From positions 1-40,933 of the forward strand of contig JAOUIM010000001.1 of assembly GCA_029884035.1 (NCBI GenBank): a DNA stretch of 40,933 nt, given 5' to 3'. The translations under genes were made by a program, and so were the position numbers. This document shows positions 21,586-29,637 of the stretch, piece after piece. This DNA comes from Aquincola sp. (lineage in GTDB: Bacteria > Pseudomonadota > Gammaproteobacteria > Burkholderiales > Burkholderiaceae_C). How positions within the stretch are numbered: the first letter of the stretch is position 1; each line of letters starts with the position of its first letter. The notes beneath the pieces are model-generated. The model ran no database searches. It was not told the DNA's origin and worked only from the letters and a program-made list of their open reading frames with translations.

Positions 21586-21976
21586 ATTCGGGTTCTCCCG
21601 GAAGTCCAGTGACCCTCGATCAACGCACGAAGCGGCCATTGGCCACCTCGCAGTAGCGCTCATCTGCAACCGATTGTTACGGGGCCCGCTACGCTCGCGA
21701 ACATGTTCTTGCAATCTTCATGGTGCGATCTGTCGCATGCGGCCATCGTCCGGCGCTTCGTGTCCCCGACCATCGCACGCAGCCGCGCGTCGTGCCGGCA
21801 TTGCGCGGCGCGGTCGCCGACGCGGGCGCCTGGGTTGTGCAACAGTGGCGAGCATGACCTGTCCACGCAGCGCCCTCATCGCCTTGCGCCGATCTGAGGC
21901 CGCCTTCAGCCGGGCCGCCCCGATGGCGGTGCTGCCGACCGGCAGGGTCAGCTTTGCGTGATCACCACACTGCGCC

Positions 21977-22960
21977 ATGAACCTGCTCTTCGTCGCCGAC
22001 CCGCTCGCCACGTTCAAGACGTACAAGGACTCCACGTTCGCGATGATGCGAGAGGCCGCGCGCCGCGGCCACACGCTGTGGGCCTGCGAAGTGCGCCAGC
22101 TCGGTTGGCAGCGCGGCGGCCGTGTCACGGCGCGTGGCGCGAACCGCATTGTGCTGACGGGCGACCCGCACGTTTGGTACACGGTACAGGCCACGCAGGA
22201 ACTCGAGCTGGCCGGTTTCGGCGAGCACGGGGCGGTGCTGATGCGCAAGGACCCGCCGTTCGACAGCGAGTACTTCTACGCCACGCACCTGTTGCAGCAG
22301 GCCGAGCGTGAGGGAGCGCGCGTGTTCAACAAGCCCGCGTCGTTGCGCGATCACCCGGAAAAGCTGGCGATCCTCGAGTTCCCTCAGTACATCGGCCCGA
22401 CGCTCGTGGCGCGGGAACCCGAGGCGATTCGCGCGTTCCACGCCGAGCACCGCGACATCATCCTCAAGCCGCTCGACGGCATGGGCGGCATGGGCATCTT
22501 CCGGGTCGGCCCCGATGGCCTGAATCTCGGTTCGATCATCGAGACGCTGAACAAGGGCGGCACGCAGACCGTGATGGTGCAGAAGTACCTCACCGAGATC
22601 GCACGGGGCGACAAGCGCATCCTCGTGATCGACGGCGAACCGGTGCCGCATTCGCTGGCGCGCATTCCGCAAGGCAGCGAGATCCGCGGAAATCTCGCTG
22701 CCGGCGGCAAGGGGGTGGCGCAGCCCCTGTCGGCGCGCGACTGGGAGATCGCACGAGGCCTCGGCCCGGTGCTCGCGGCCCGCGGCCTGCTGGTGGTGGG
22801 GCTCGACGTGATCGGCGACTGGCTGACCGAGATCAATGTAACGAGCCCGACCTGCTTCCAGGAGATCACTGACCAGTCGGGTTTCGACGTGGCGAAGATG
22901 TTTGTCGACGCGGTCGAGCGCAACGTCGCGTCGGCCTACGCCGGACAAGCGCGGCGATGA
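21977..22960 (+). CDS. gshB: Glutathione synthetase (ATP-grasp)
   Basis: MNLLFVADPL...KDSTFAMM...LMRKDPPFD...EKLAILEFP...ILKPLDGMGGMGIF...GDKRILVIDGEPV...NLAAGG...GLDVIGDWLTEINVTSPT. Confidence 0.95.
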   Translation: MNLLFVADPLATFKTYKDSTFAMMREAARRGHTLWACEVRQLGWQRGGRVTARGANRIVLTGDPHVWYTVQATQELELAGFGEHGAVLMRKDPPFDSEYFYATHLLQQAEREGARVFNKPASLRDHPEKLAILEFPQYIGPTLVAREPEAIRAFHAEHRDIILKPLDGMGGMGIFRVGPDGLNLGSIIETLNKGGTQTVMVQKYLTEIARGDKRILVIDGEPVPHSLARIPQGSEIRGNLAAGGKGVAQPLSARDWEIARGLGPVLAARGLLVVGLDVIGDWLTEINVTSPTCFQEITDQSGFDVAKMFVDAVERNVASAYAGQARR

Positions 22961-23736
22961 GATGCATGCGCCGCCTCCCGGTCCTGCTGTCGCTGGTTGC
23001 CACGGCGGTCGCGTCGCGTGCCCACGACACCTGGTTCGAGCCGTTGCCGGCGCGCGGGGAGGTGGCCTTGGCGCTCGGGACGGGCAACCGCTTTCCCGTG
23101 TTCGACCTGGCTGTCGACACCAAGTACTTCGTCAAGAGCGGCTGTCGCGGCGGCGACGGCCGGTCGCGTGCGCTCGAATGGCAGCGCTATACCGACAAGA
23201 CGACGCTGCTGCGCGTCAGGGCCAACGGAACGCCGGTGTCGACATGCTGGATCCAGCTCGAGCCTTTCGAGTTCGAGTTGCCCCAGGACAAGATCGAGAT
23301 CTACTTCAGGGAGATCCGTCCCAGCGCCGCTGTGCTTGCCGCATGGGCCGGTCTGCGCGCGCGGGGCTTGCCGTTCCTGGAGCGCTACACGAAGAACGCG
23401 AGGATCGACCTGGGTAGCACCACGGCCTCGCAGCCAACTGGTACGGCGATGGATGTGCTTCGAGAGGCGCCCGCCGGCGCGCTCGCGGTCGGTGCCGAAG
23501 CCACGCTCCGGGTGCTGCGCGAGGGTAAACCGCTTGCGGACTTCCCGGTCGAGTTGGTCAATGAGCGCAACCCCGTCGGCCTTTGGCACCGTACCGATGC
23601 CGAGGGCCGCATTCGCGCGAAGATGCCATCGCCGGGTCGCTGGATCCTGCGCGGCACCGATCTCAGGCTGTCGGCCAGCGACCCGACGCGTTGGGAGAGC
23701 CAGTTCATCACCTACGCGTTCGAGGTTGCCCGCTAG
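22957..23736 (+). CDS. DUF4198-like periplasmic protein (NikK/CbiK-type metal-binding fold suspected)
   Basis: Signal peptide ending SRA, followed by HDTWFEP. The C-terminal stretch looks transthyretin-like (LRVLREGKPLADFPVELV...TDAEGRIRAKMPSPGRWILR). The ATG overlaps the gshB stop (ATGA). Family call is from memory only. Confidence 0.65.
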   Translation: MRCMRRLPVLLSLVATAVASRAHDTWFEPLPARGEVALALGTGNRFPVFDLAVDTKYFVKSGCRGGDGRSRALEWQRYTDKTTLLRVRANGTPVSTCWIQLEPFEFELPQDKIEIYFREIRPSAAVLAAWAGLRARGLPFLERYTKNARIDLGSTTASQPTGTAMDVLREAPAGALAVGAEATLRVLREGKPLADFPVELVNERNPVGLWHRTDAEGRIRAKMPSPGRWILRGTDLRLSASDPTRWESQFITYAFEVAR

Positions 23737-24872
23737 AACCCGATCAGCTTCGTCGCGAAAGCGCGCTCGGCGAACCATATCGCTGCGAGCGCCACGATCA
23801 CGAGCGAGCCGCCGACCATGATCCAGCGCCGGTAGAACATCGTTCGTCGCATCGCGTAAGCCAGCGGCAGGAACACCAGCACGATCGCGAGCTGCCCGAT
23901 CTCGACGCCGACGTTGAAGCCCACCAGCGCGAGCGCGAGCGCTTGGCGGGGCAGTCCCAGGTCGGCCAGCACGCTCGCAAATCCGAAGCCATGCATCAGG
24001 CCGAATCCGAACGCCACCATCCACAGCCGCCCGAACACGAGCGGCTTGACGTTGTTCAGCGCTGCGGCCACCACCGACAGCGCGATCACTGACTCGACCA
24101 GCCGCGAGGGCAGTTCGATGACGCCGAGCACCGCAAGCGACAGCGTGATCGAGTGCGCCACAGTAAAGGAGGTCACGATCCTGAGCACGTCCCAGAACGC
24201 GTCGCGCGCGCGCTCGACGGCGAGCCAGCGTGCCCCCTGCCAGGCAAGCACCGACGGCAGCAGCAGCGACAGCAGGAAGAGGATGTGATCGAGTCCGATC
24301 CAGATGTGCCAGACGCCCTCGCGCACGTAATCGGTGAACTGCGACCAGCGCTCGACGGCGCCGAGCTCGAAGGTCTGCGTCGGCTGCTGCGGGCCGAGCA
24401 CTGCAGTGCGCGCCAGGCCGCGCGCCTGCAGGTTGAGCAGGCCGCGGTGCTGCGGGTCGAGGTCGGCGAACAGCGTGTAGGTGATGGCCAGCCGGGATGG
24501 CACGCCAGCCTCGCCGGCGCACCGTAGCGCGAGTGGCAAGACCGAGTACGCGCCGTCGGTGTGGCCGTCGACCTGCTGCGCACCGACCTCGATCGCGCAC
24601 GGATGGTCGTCGGCACTGACCTGGAGTCGCGCGGTCGCATAGGCTGCGATCTCGGCGTGGCGCGCACGCACCTCGCCCCAGGTGAGTTCGCCGTTGCCGT
24701 CGGCGTCCAGTCCGAGCGCGAAGTCGAGGTCGCGCAGCGCGATGTCCCAGCGTCCCTCGATCGACGCGGACTTGATCTCGATCGTGAGGTAGCTGTCCGA
24801 GGGCTTGTGTGCGATGGCCGCGGAGGCTGCAGCGAGCAGCAGCAGCGCGAGAAGATGCCGGACCGCGACCAT
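23733..24872 (-). CDS. Long-form HupE/UreJ-family membrane protein with N-terminal periplasmic domain
   Basis: Signal peptide ending AIA, then HKPSDSY. About 190 aa of soluble domain is followed by a 6-TM HupE/UreJ_2-like core (GLDHILFLLSLLLP, TVAHSITLSL, FGLMHGFGFA, GVEIGQL). The start overlaps the TPR gene stop (TGATG). Confidence 0.85.
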   Translation of the reverse strand: MVAVRHLLALLLLAAASAAIAHKPSDSYLTIEIKSASIEGRWDIALRDLDFALGLDADGNGELTWGEVRARHAEIAAYATARLQVSADDHPCAIEVGAQQVDGHTDGAYSVLPLALRCAGEAGVPSRLAITYTLFADLDPQHRGLLNLQARGLARTAVLGPQQPTQTFELGAVERWSQFTDYVREGVWHIWIGLDHILFLLSLLLPSVLAWQGARWLAVERARDAFWDVLRIVTSFTVAHSITLSLAVLGVIELPSRLVESVIALSVVAAALNNVKPLVFGRLWMVAFGFGLMHGFGFASVLADLGLPRQALALALVGFNVGVEIGQLAIVLVFLPLAYAMRRTMFYRRWIMVGGSLVIVALAAIWFAERAFATKLIGF

Positions 24873-26056
24873 CACCGCAGCGCCTCCAGCTGCGCGGCCA
24901 ACGCGCGCAGCACCACACTCTCGACGCCGTTCCTTTCCAGCCAGTCGAGGGCCGGCGCAGCGTCGGATCGCGAGCGCGCGGCCAGCGCCGCCTCGAGCAG
25001 CACGCGAGCGTCGGCGGCCTCCTTTTGCACCGCGAAATTCGACCGCGCGAGCGCCAACGATCGCTTCGCATCGTGCAACAGCGCGAGCGCGAAACGCGCC
25101 TCCTCCTTCTCGTGCGTGCGGTCGCCGCGGGCGCGCGCGGCGTCGAAGCGAGCGCCCAGCTCGCGCGCCCAGCCGTCCGCGCGCGGATCGCCCGCGGCCT
25201 TGGCGGCCAGCGCCAGACGCAGCAGCAGCACGTCGGCACGGCCCCGGTCGGCCAGCACCTTGACCACCTCCGCGGCGCGTCCGCGGTCGAGCAGAAAGTC
25301 GGCATGCGCGGCTTCGAGGTAGGTGTCGGGCAAACCGAGCGAAAGCGCCTCGTTGTAGGCACGCTCGGCCGCCACAGGATTGCCACGCCGCTCCTCGATC
25401 TCGGCCAGCCGTGTGAGCGCCCACAGGCGCTCGGCGGGCGATGCATCGGTCGCGGCCCGCAGTGCGCCCGCGAGCACACGCGACGCGTCGGCGGCACGGC
25501 CGCTCATCGAGTCGACATACGCGCTGCAGGCCGTGCCGATCAGCGGTGTCGTGTTTGGCGCGAGGCCCGCACAGGCACGGCGCGCGCTGGTGTAGTCGGC
25601 ACGCACCATCTGCACCGCGGCCATCCAGGACCAGGCCTCGGCGTTGTCGGGCTCGGCGGCCACCGCGGCGTCGAGGTCGGCCAGCGCCAGGTCGAAGCGA
25701 TGGTCGTACTGTCGCAGCACCGCGCGTAGCACGCGCACCGGCACCGGCGGTGCGGCCTCGTCCCACCACGGCCCGAGCACCGCCTGCGCGTGGCCCACGT
25801 AGCGTGGGTCGCCCTCGGCCAGCGCCTCCTCGACGTACCGCCGCGCCAGCGCCACCGCCGTGTCGACATTGTTCGGATCACGCAACGCGGCCAGTCGCAT
25901 CGACTGCAGCTCGCGCGCGCGGGGGTTGGTCGCGCGAGCGGGCACCCGTTCGAGCACCTGTGTGTCGTCAGCTGGCATGAAGGGCGCCGCCTGAGCGGGC
26001 ACGGTCAGGGCACAGGCGGCGAGCAGGCCGGTGACGGCTTGGATCGAGAGGGGCAT
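24872..26056 (-). CDS. Secreted TPR-repeat protein
   Basis: Signal peptide (LLAACALTVPAQA), then Ala/Leu/Arg-rich helical repeats of TPR type. I chose ATG 26056. The listed ORF extends to 27250, but that stretch is antisense to a better gene. Confidence 0.75.
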   Translation of the reverse strand: MPLSIQAVTGLLAACALTVPAQAAPFMPADDTQVLERVPARATNPRARELQSMRLAALRDPNNVDTAVALARRYVEEALAEGDPRYVGHAQAVLGPWWDEAAPPVPVRVLRAVLRQYDHRFDLALADLDAAVAAEPDNAEAWSWMAAVQMVRADYTSARRACAGLAPNTTPLIGTACSAYVDSMSGRAADASRVLAGALRAATDASPAERLWALTRLAEIEERRGNPVAAERAYNEALSLGLPDTYLEAAHADFLLDRGRAAEVVKVLADRGRADVLLLRLALAAKAAGDPRADGWARELGARFDAARARGDRTHEKEEARFALALLHDAKRSLALARSNFAVQKEAADARVLLEAALAARSRSDAAPALDWLERNGVESVVLRALAAQLEALR

Positions 26057-26200
26057 GTCGGGTCGAGCGATGGCAGGCGCGGCATGGTAGCCACCTCCGC
26101 GCCAGGCGCACCGAACCCGTGCCGTTCGAACGTGTACCGGCACAGGCTGCGCACCGGCTACGCTAGGGGCCCGAGCGCCCTGCCTGACGAACCGCCGACG

Positions 26201-27181
26201 ATGGACACCACCGAATTGCGAGCGCGCCTTGTGCGCGCGGCGCACTACGATGCCGAGTACGGCGCAAGCCTGTCCAATCATTTGCCGATGGCGCTGACCG
26301 CATTGACGCGGCTGGGCGCGAGCGCCGAGCGGCTCGACGCGTTCATGGACCTGTACTTGCGGCGCCTGCACGCCGCGCCGCCGCGCCAGCCCTGGTCTGC
26401 AGGCGAACCCTGGCGTGGCGCGCTCGGCGACCCGCGCGCATGGCCGACGTATCGCACTCTGTTCCGCGATTGGTTTGCGTACGAGGACGTGGCCACGACG
26501 CTCGACCAGGCGTTGCCCACGCTGATGCGGGGGGCGGGCGCCGCCGCCTTCCACGGCCTGATTCGCACGGCCTATGCGCTGGCCGCCAACCATGCCGATG
26601 AACTGGCCGACGGCCTGGCGTATTGGGCCTGCCGCTGGTTCAGCTGTGGCGATGCATCGGCGCTGGTGCAAGGCAACGAGGGTGACGCGCTGGCGGTGCT
26701 CGGCGAACTCGACCTTGGCACGGTGCCCGACATGCCGCTCATCGCGCAAGGCATGGCCTGGGCTGCCGCGCACCCGCGCTTCGCGATGGTGATGGCGCGC
26801 TGGCAAGTCGACGGCTGGAGCACGCTGCCGCGCCTGGCTCACCTGGCGGCCGAACGTTATGCGGCAAGCGCCGACTTCACCGCGCTGCACCTCGTGACCA
26901 GCGCGCACGCGGTGCGGGTGCTCCTGCCCTGGATCGATGCCGATGCGCGCTTGGACGCGCTGCGCCACTACGCGCTGGCCTACGCTGCCGCGTGGGGCAC
27001 GCTGCCGCGCGATGCGCCGACGTTGGCGCCAATGCCCGTGCTGCCCTGGTCGGAGGTCGTCGCGCGCGCGATCGAGAGCGACGACGATCACCGCATCAAG
27101 CTGGTCGACTGCTGCCGTGAGCTCGAAGGCGCGCAAGGCGGCGCCGTGTGGGCCACGGCGGCATCGCGCGCAGTGGCATGA
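26201..27181 (+). CDS. Questin-oxidase-like (DUF4243) family protein
   Basis: 326 aa. Contains SLSNHLPMALTAL..LGA and AFHGLIRTAYAL blocks, which I associate with DUF4243. Assignment is from memory. Confidence 0.6.
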   Translation: MDTTELRARLVRAAHYDAEYGASLSNHLPMALTALTRLGASAERLDAFMDLYLRRLHAAPPRQPWSAGEPWRGALGDPRAWPTYRTLFRDWFAYEDVATTLDQALPTLMRGAGAAAFHGLIRTAYALAANHADELADGLAYWACRWFSCGDASALVQGNEGDALAVLGELDLGTVPDMPLIAQGMAWAAAHPRFAMVMARWQVDGWSTLPRLAHLAAERYAASADFTALHLVTSAHAVRVLLPWIDADARLDALRHYALAYAAAWGTLPRDAPTLAPMPVLPWSEVVARAIESDDDHRIKLVDCCRELEGAQGGAVWATAASRAVA

Positions 27182-27264
27182 GGCGCATGAGCGCGCACCT
27201 TGCGGCCTACGGCCGCGACCCAGCAGGCAGACAATCGCCTGCATCGCCAATGAGGAACCTTGCC

Positions 27265-27759
27265 ATGCCCGCTGCCAAATACCTGTTCGGCCTGTTGCTC
27301 GTCAGCGTGCTTCCGTGCCACGCGCAGAACGGGACTTTCCAATCGAGATCGCTGACGCCGGAAACCGCGCTGGCCGCAGCGCGCGCCGCGCTCGACGCCT
27401 GCCGCAAGCAGGGGTTTCAGGTTGCGGTGGCGGTCACCGACCGAGCCGGCATCACGCAGGTCCTGCTGCGCGATCGCTTCGCGGGTCCCCATACGGTCGA
27501 GGTGGCGTCGGACAAGGCTTGGACCGCGGTGAGCTTTCGCACCTCGACGAGCACCCTGGCCGCGGAAACCCAGCCCGGCCGGCCGATGAGCGGACTGCGC
27601 AACCTTCCGCGGTTTCTCGCTGCAGGCGGCGGCCAGGTGATCGAGGCCGGGGGGACCGTGCTGGGGGCGATCGGCGTGTCGGGTGGCCCGGGAGGCGAGG
27701 CCGACGACAGCTGTGCTGTGGCCGGCATCAAGGCCATCGGCGACGCGATCGAGTTCTGA
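27265..27759 (+). CDS. Secreted GlcG/HbpS-like (DUF336) putative haem-binding protein
   Basis: GAGGAA RBS and a signal peptide. Family blocks present: AVAVTDRAGITQVLLRD, KAWTAVSF, GGGQVIEAGGTVLGAIGVSGGPGGEADDSCA. Confidence 0.8.
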   Translation: MPAAKYLFGLLLVSVLPCHAQNGTFQSRSLTPETALAAARAALDACRKQGFQVAVAVTDRAGITQVLLRDRFAGPHTVEVASDKAWTAVSFRTSTSTLAAETQPGRPMSGLRNLPRFLAAGGGQVIEAGGTVLGAIGVSGGPGGEADDSCAVAGIKAIGDAIEF

Positions 27760-27788
27760 CGTCGGCGAGATCGCGAGGAACCCGCACC

Positions 27789-28067
27789 ATGGCCAGAACC
27801 GCTGTCGTCTCCGCACTCGTCGCTGCCGCACTCACCGCGGCAGCCTTCATGCTCAACCCGACGCCCGAGGCGCACCGCGCCAAGATCAAGGAGGCGATCG
27901 CCGAGCGCAGCCCGCTCGCCGCCGCGCTGGGCCTCGGCGCGCTGACGGCGTTTACCTCGACGTATCACGCACTGGGTGTGGCTTCGTACACCACGGTCAA
28001 CGAGCGCGTGGCCTCGATCGGCGCGCTCGGCATGGTCTTCGTGCTGCAGCCGTCGCAGGACAAATGA
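27789..28067 (+). CDS. Small membrane-anchored hypothetical protein (92 aa)
   Basis: GAGGAA RBS and an N-terminal TM helix. G/C-rich third codon positions. Its stop overlaps the next ATG (ATGA). No confident family. Confidence 0.5.
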   Translation: MARTAVVSALVAAALTAAAFMLNPTPEAHRAKIKEAIAERSPLAAALGLGALTAFTSTYHALGVASYTTVNERVASIGALGMVFVLQPSQDK

Positions 28068-28333
28068 GCGCCGCGGCCGCGATTGCCGAACTGCCCAACC
28101 TGGGCCCCAAGTCGCAGGCCGCCCTCGCCGCCGCCGGCATCACCAGCTTCGAGACGCTGCGCCGCCTCGGTTCGGTGGCTGCGTACGCAAAGGTCCGGCG
28201 TTCGGGTGGAAAGGTCAGCCTCAACCTGTTGTAGGCGCTCGAGGGTGCATTGACGGGCCTGCCGTGGCAGGCGGTCGCGCGTGAGCACCGAACGAGCCTG
28301 CTGCTGGTGCTCGAGCACCACGAGCGGGCCTGA
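28064..28333 (+). pseudogene. TfoX C-terminal-domain protein interrupted by an in-frame TAG at codon 57
   Basis: Translation reads ...LPNLGPKSQAALAAAGITSFETLRRLGSVAAYAKVRRSGGKVSLNLL*ALEGALTGLPWQAVAREHRTSLLLVLEHHERA. The TAG at 28232-28234 sits where TfoX_C proteins have an aromatic residue (LLWALEGAL or LLYALEGAL as recalled). The same frame stays open to TGA 28331-28333. Confidence 0.65.
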
Positions 28334-28359
28334 GCGCCCGAACATGCGGACTCGGCCCT

Positions 28360-29637
28360 TCAGCGCGCCAACACGGCGTGCCGCTCGCGGGCGCGCTGCC
28401 CCGCGGCGCGCTTCAAGCTGCCGGTGAACGCCAGCGACAGCCGCGCGTGCAGCAAGCGCTCGAACACACCGCGCACCGCTTGGGCATCGAGCGCATCGAG
28501 AGCCGCCGCGCGCTCTTCGATGCTGCGCACGCGGCCGAGCGTGAACAGATCGAGCGCGGCATCCTCGAGCCTTCGCAGTGGCTTCTCGGCGTCGCGCAGG
28601 CGGCGCACCCGCAGCTGATTGTGTGCGCGGGACAGTTCTGCCGCGTCGATCGATCCGGCATGCGCGTGCAGCAGCGCAAGCACCACGTCCAGACATTCGT
28701 TGGCGCGCTCGGGCGCGGTCGATGTCTCGATGATGAACTGGCCACACAGGTCCTGCACCTCGGCGGCGCACGAGGCGTGGTAGGCCAGGCCTCGTTTCTC
28801 GCGCAGCTCGTGCAGCAGAGGCGAACTCATGCCCTCTCCCAGCACCGCGGCGGCGAGCGCGGCGGCGTCCTCGGCCGCATCGCCTCGAGGCCCGATCGCC
28901 CCGCCCAGCACCGCGTGGGTCTGGCTCGAGCCCTCTTGTGCGCGGGTCCGCACGTCGCCCAGGTAGGCGGGCGGCTCGACACGCGCCGAGCCGCCTGCCG
29001 GTAGCGACGCGAAGGCCTGCGTGGCAGCGAGCAGGAAGCTGTCCTCGTCGAATGCACCCGCGGCGCCCACGACGATGTTGTCGCCGCGGTACTGGCGCTG
29101 CACGTACTGCACCAGTTCGTCCCGTGCGAGGCGTTGCACCCGCGTGCGCGTGCCAATCACCGGCAGCGCGGCCGCATGCAGCCCGTAGCATGCACTGTCG
29201 AACAACTTGTAGGCCGATGACACGGGGTCGTCTTCGTCCTCCGCCAGCTCCTGAAGAAGCACTTGGCGCTCGCGCTCGAGCTCATCGGCCGGAAAACTCG
29301 GCACGGTTACCAGGTCGGCGAGCATGCGCGCGGCCTCGCCCGCGTGTTCGGGCAGGCCGCGCATGTAGAAGGCGGTGTGGTCGCGGTCGGTGTGGGCGTT
29401 CACCTCGACGCCGAGTGCCTCGGCGTCAACGTTGATGCGCCGCGCGTCGCGCGTGGCCGTGCCCTTGAACAGCATGTGCTCGACCATGTGGCTGATGCCA
29501 TTGACCGCGCGCGATTCGTGCGCGCTGCCGCTGCGGATGAACACCGCGACACCGGCTGTCGTGGCCGCGGGCAGGGGCAGCGTGACGAGACGCACGCCGT
29601 TGGCCAGCGTGGCAAGGGTGGTCTTGGACGGACTCAC
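28360..29637 (-). CDS. M16-family (insulinase/pitrilysin-like) zinc peptidase
   Basis: HMVEH (HxxEH) zinc motif near the N-terminus, within a two-lobed 425-aa M16 layout. I chose GTG 29637 as the start. Confidence 0.85.
   Translation of the reverse strand: MSPSKTTLATLANGVRLVTLPLPAATTAGVAVFIRSGSAHESRAVNGISHMVEHMLFKGTATRDARRINVDAEALGVEVNAHTDRDHTAFYMRGLPEHAGEAARMLADLVTVPSFPADELERERQVLLQELAEDEDDPVSSAYKLFDSACYGLHAAALPVIGTRTRVQRLARDELVQYVQRQYRGDNIVVGAAGAFDEDSFLLAATQAFASLPAGGSARVEPPAYLGDVRTRAQEGSSQTHAVLGGAIGPRGDAAEDAAALAAAVLGEGMSSPLLHELREKRGLAYHASCAAEVQDLCGQFIIETSTAPERANECLDVVLALLHAHAGSIDAAELSRAHNQLRVRRLRDAEKPLRRLEDAALDLFTLGRVRSIEERAAALDALDAQAVRGVFERLLHARLSLAFTGSLKRAAGQRARERHAVLAR

Noticed and set aside
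21718-22248. 176-aa minus-strand ORF spanning the gshB promoter and 5' end
   Set aside because: It overlaps the well-supported gshB gene in antisense, and its translation is Arg/Ala/Pro-rich.
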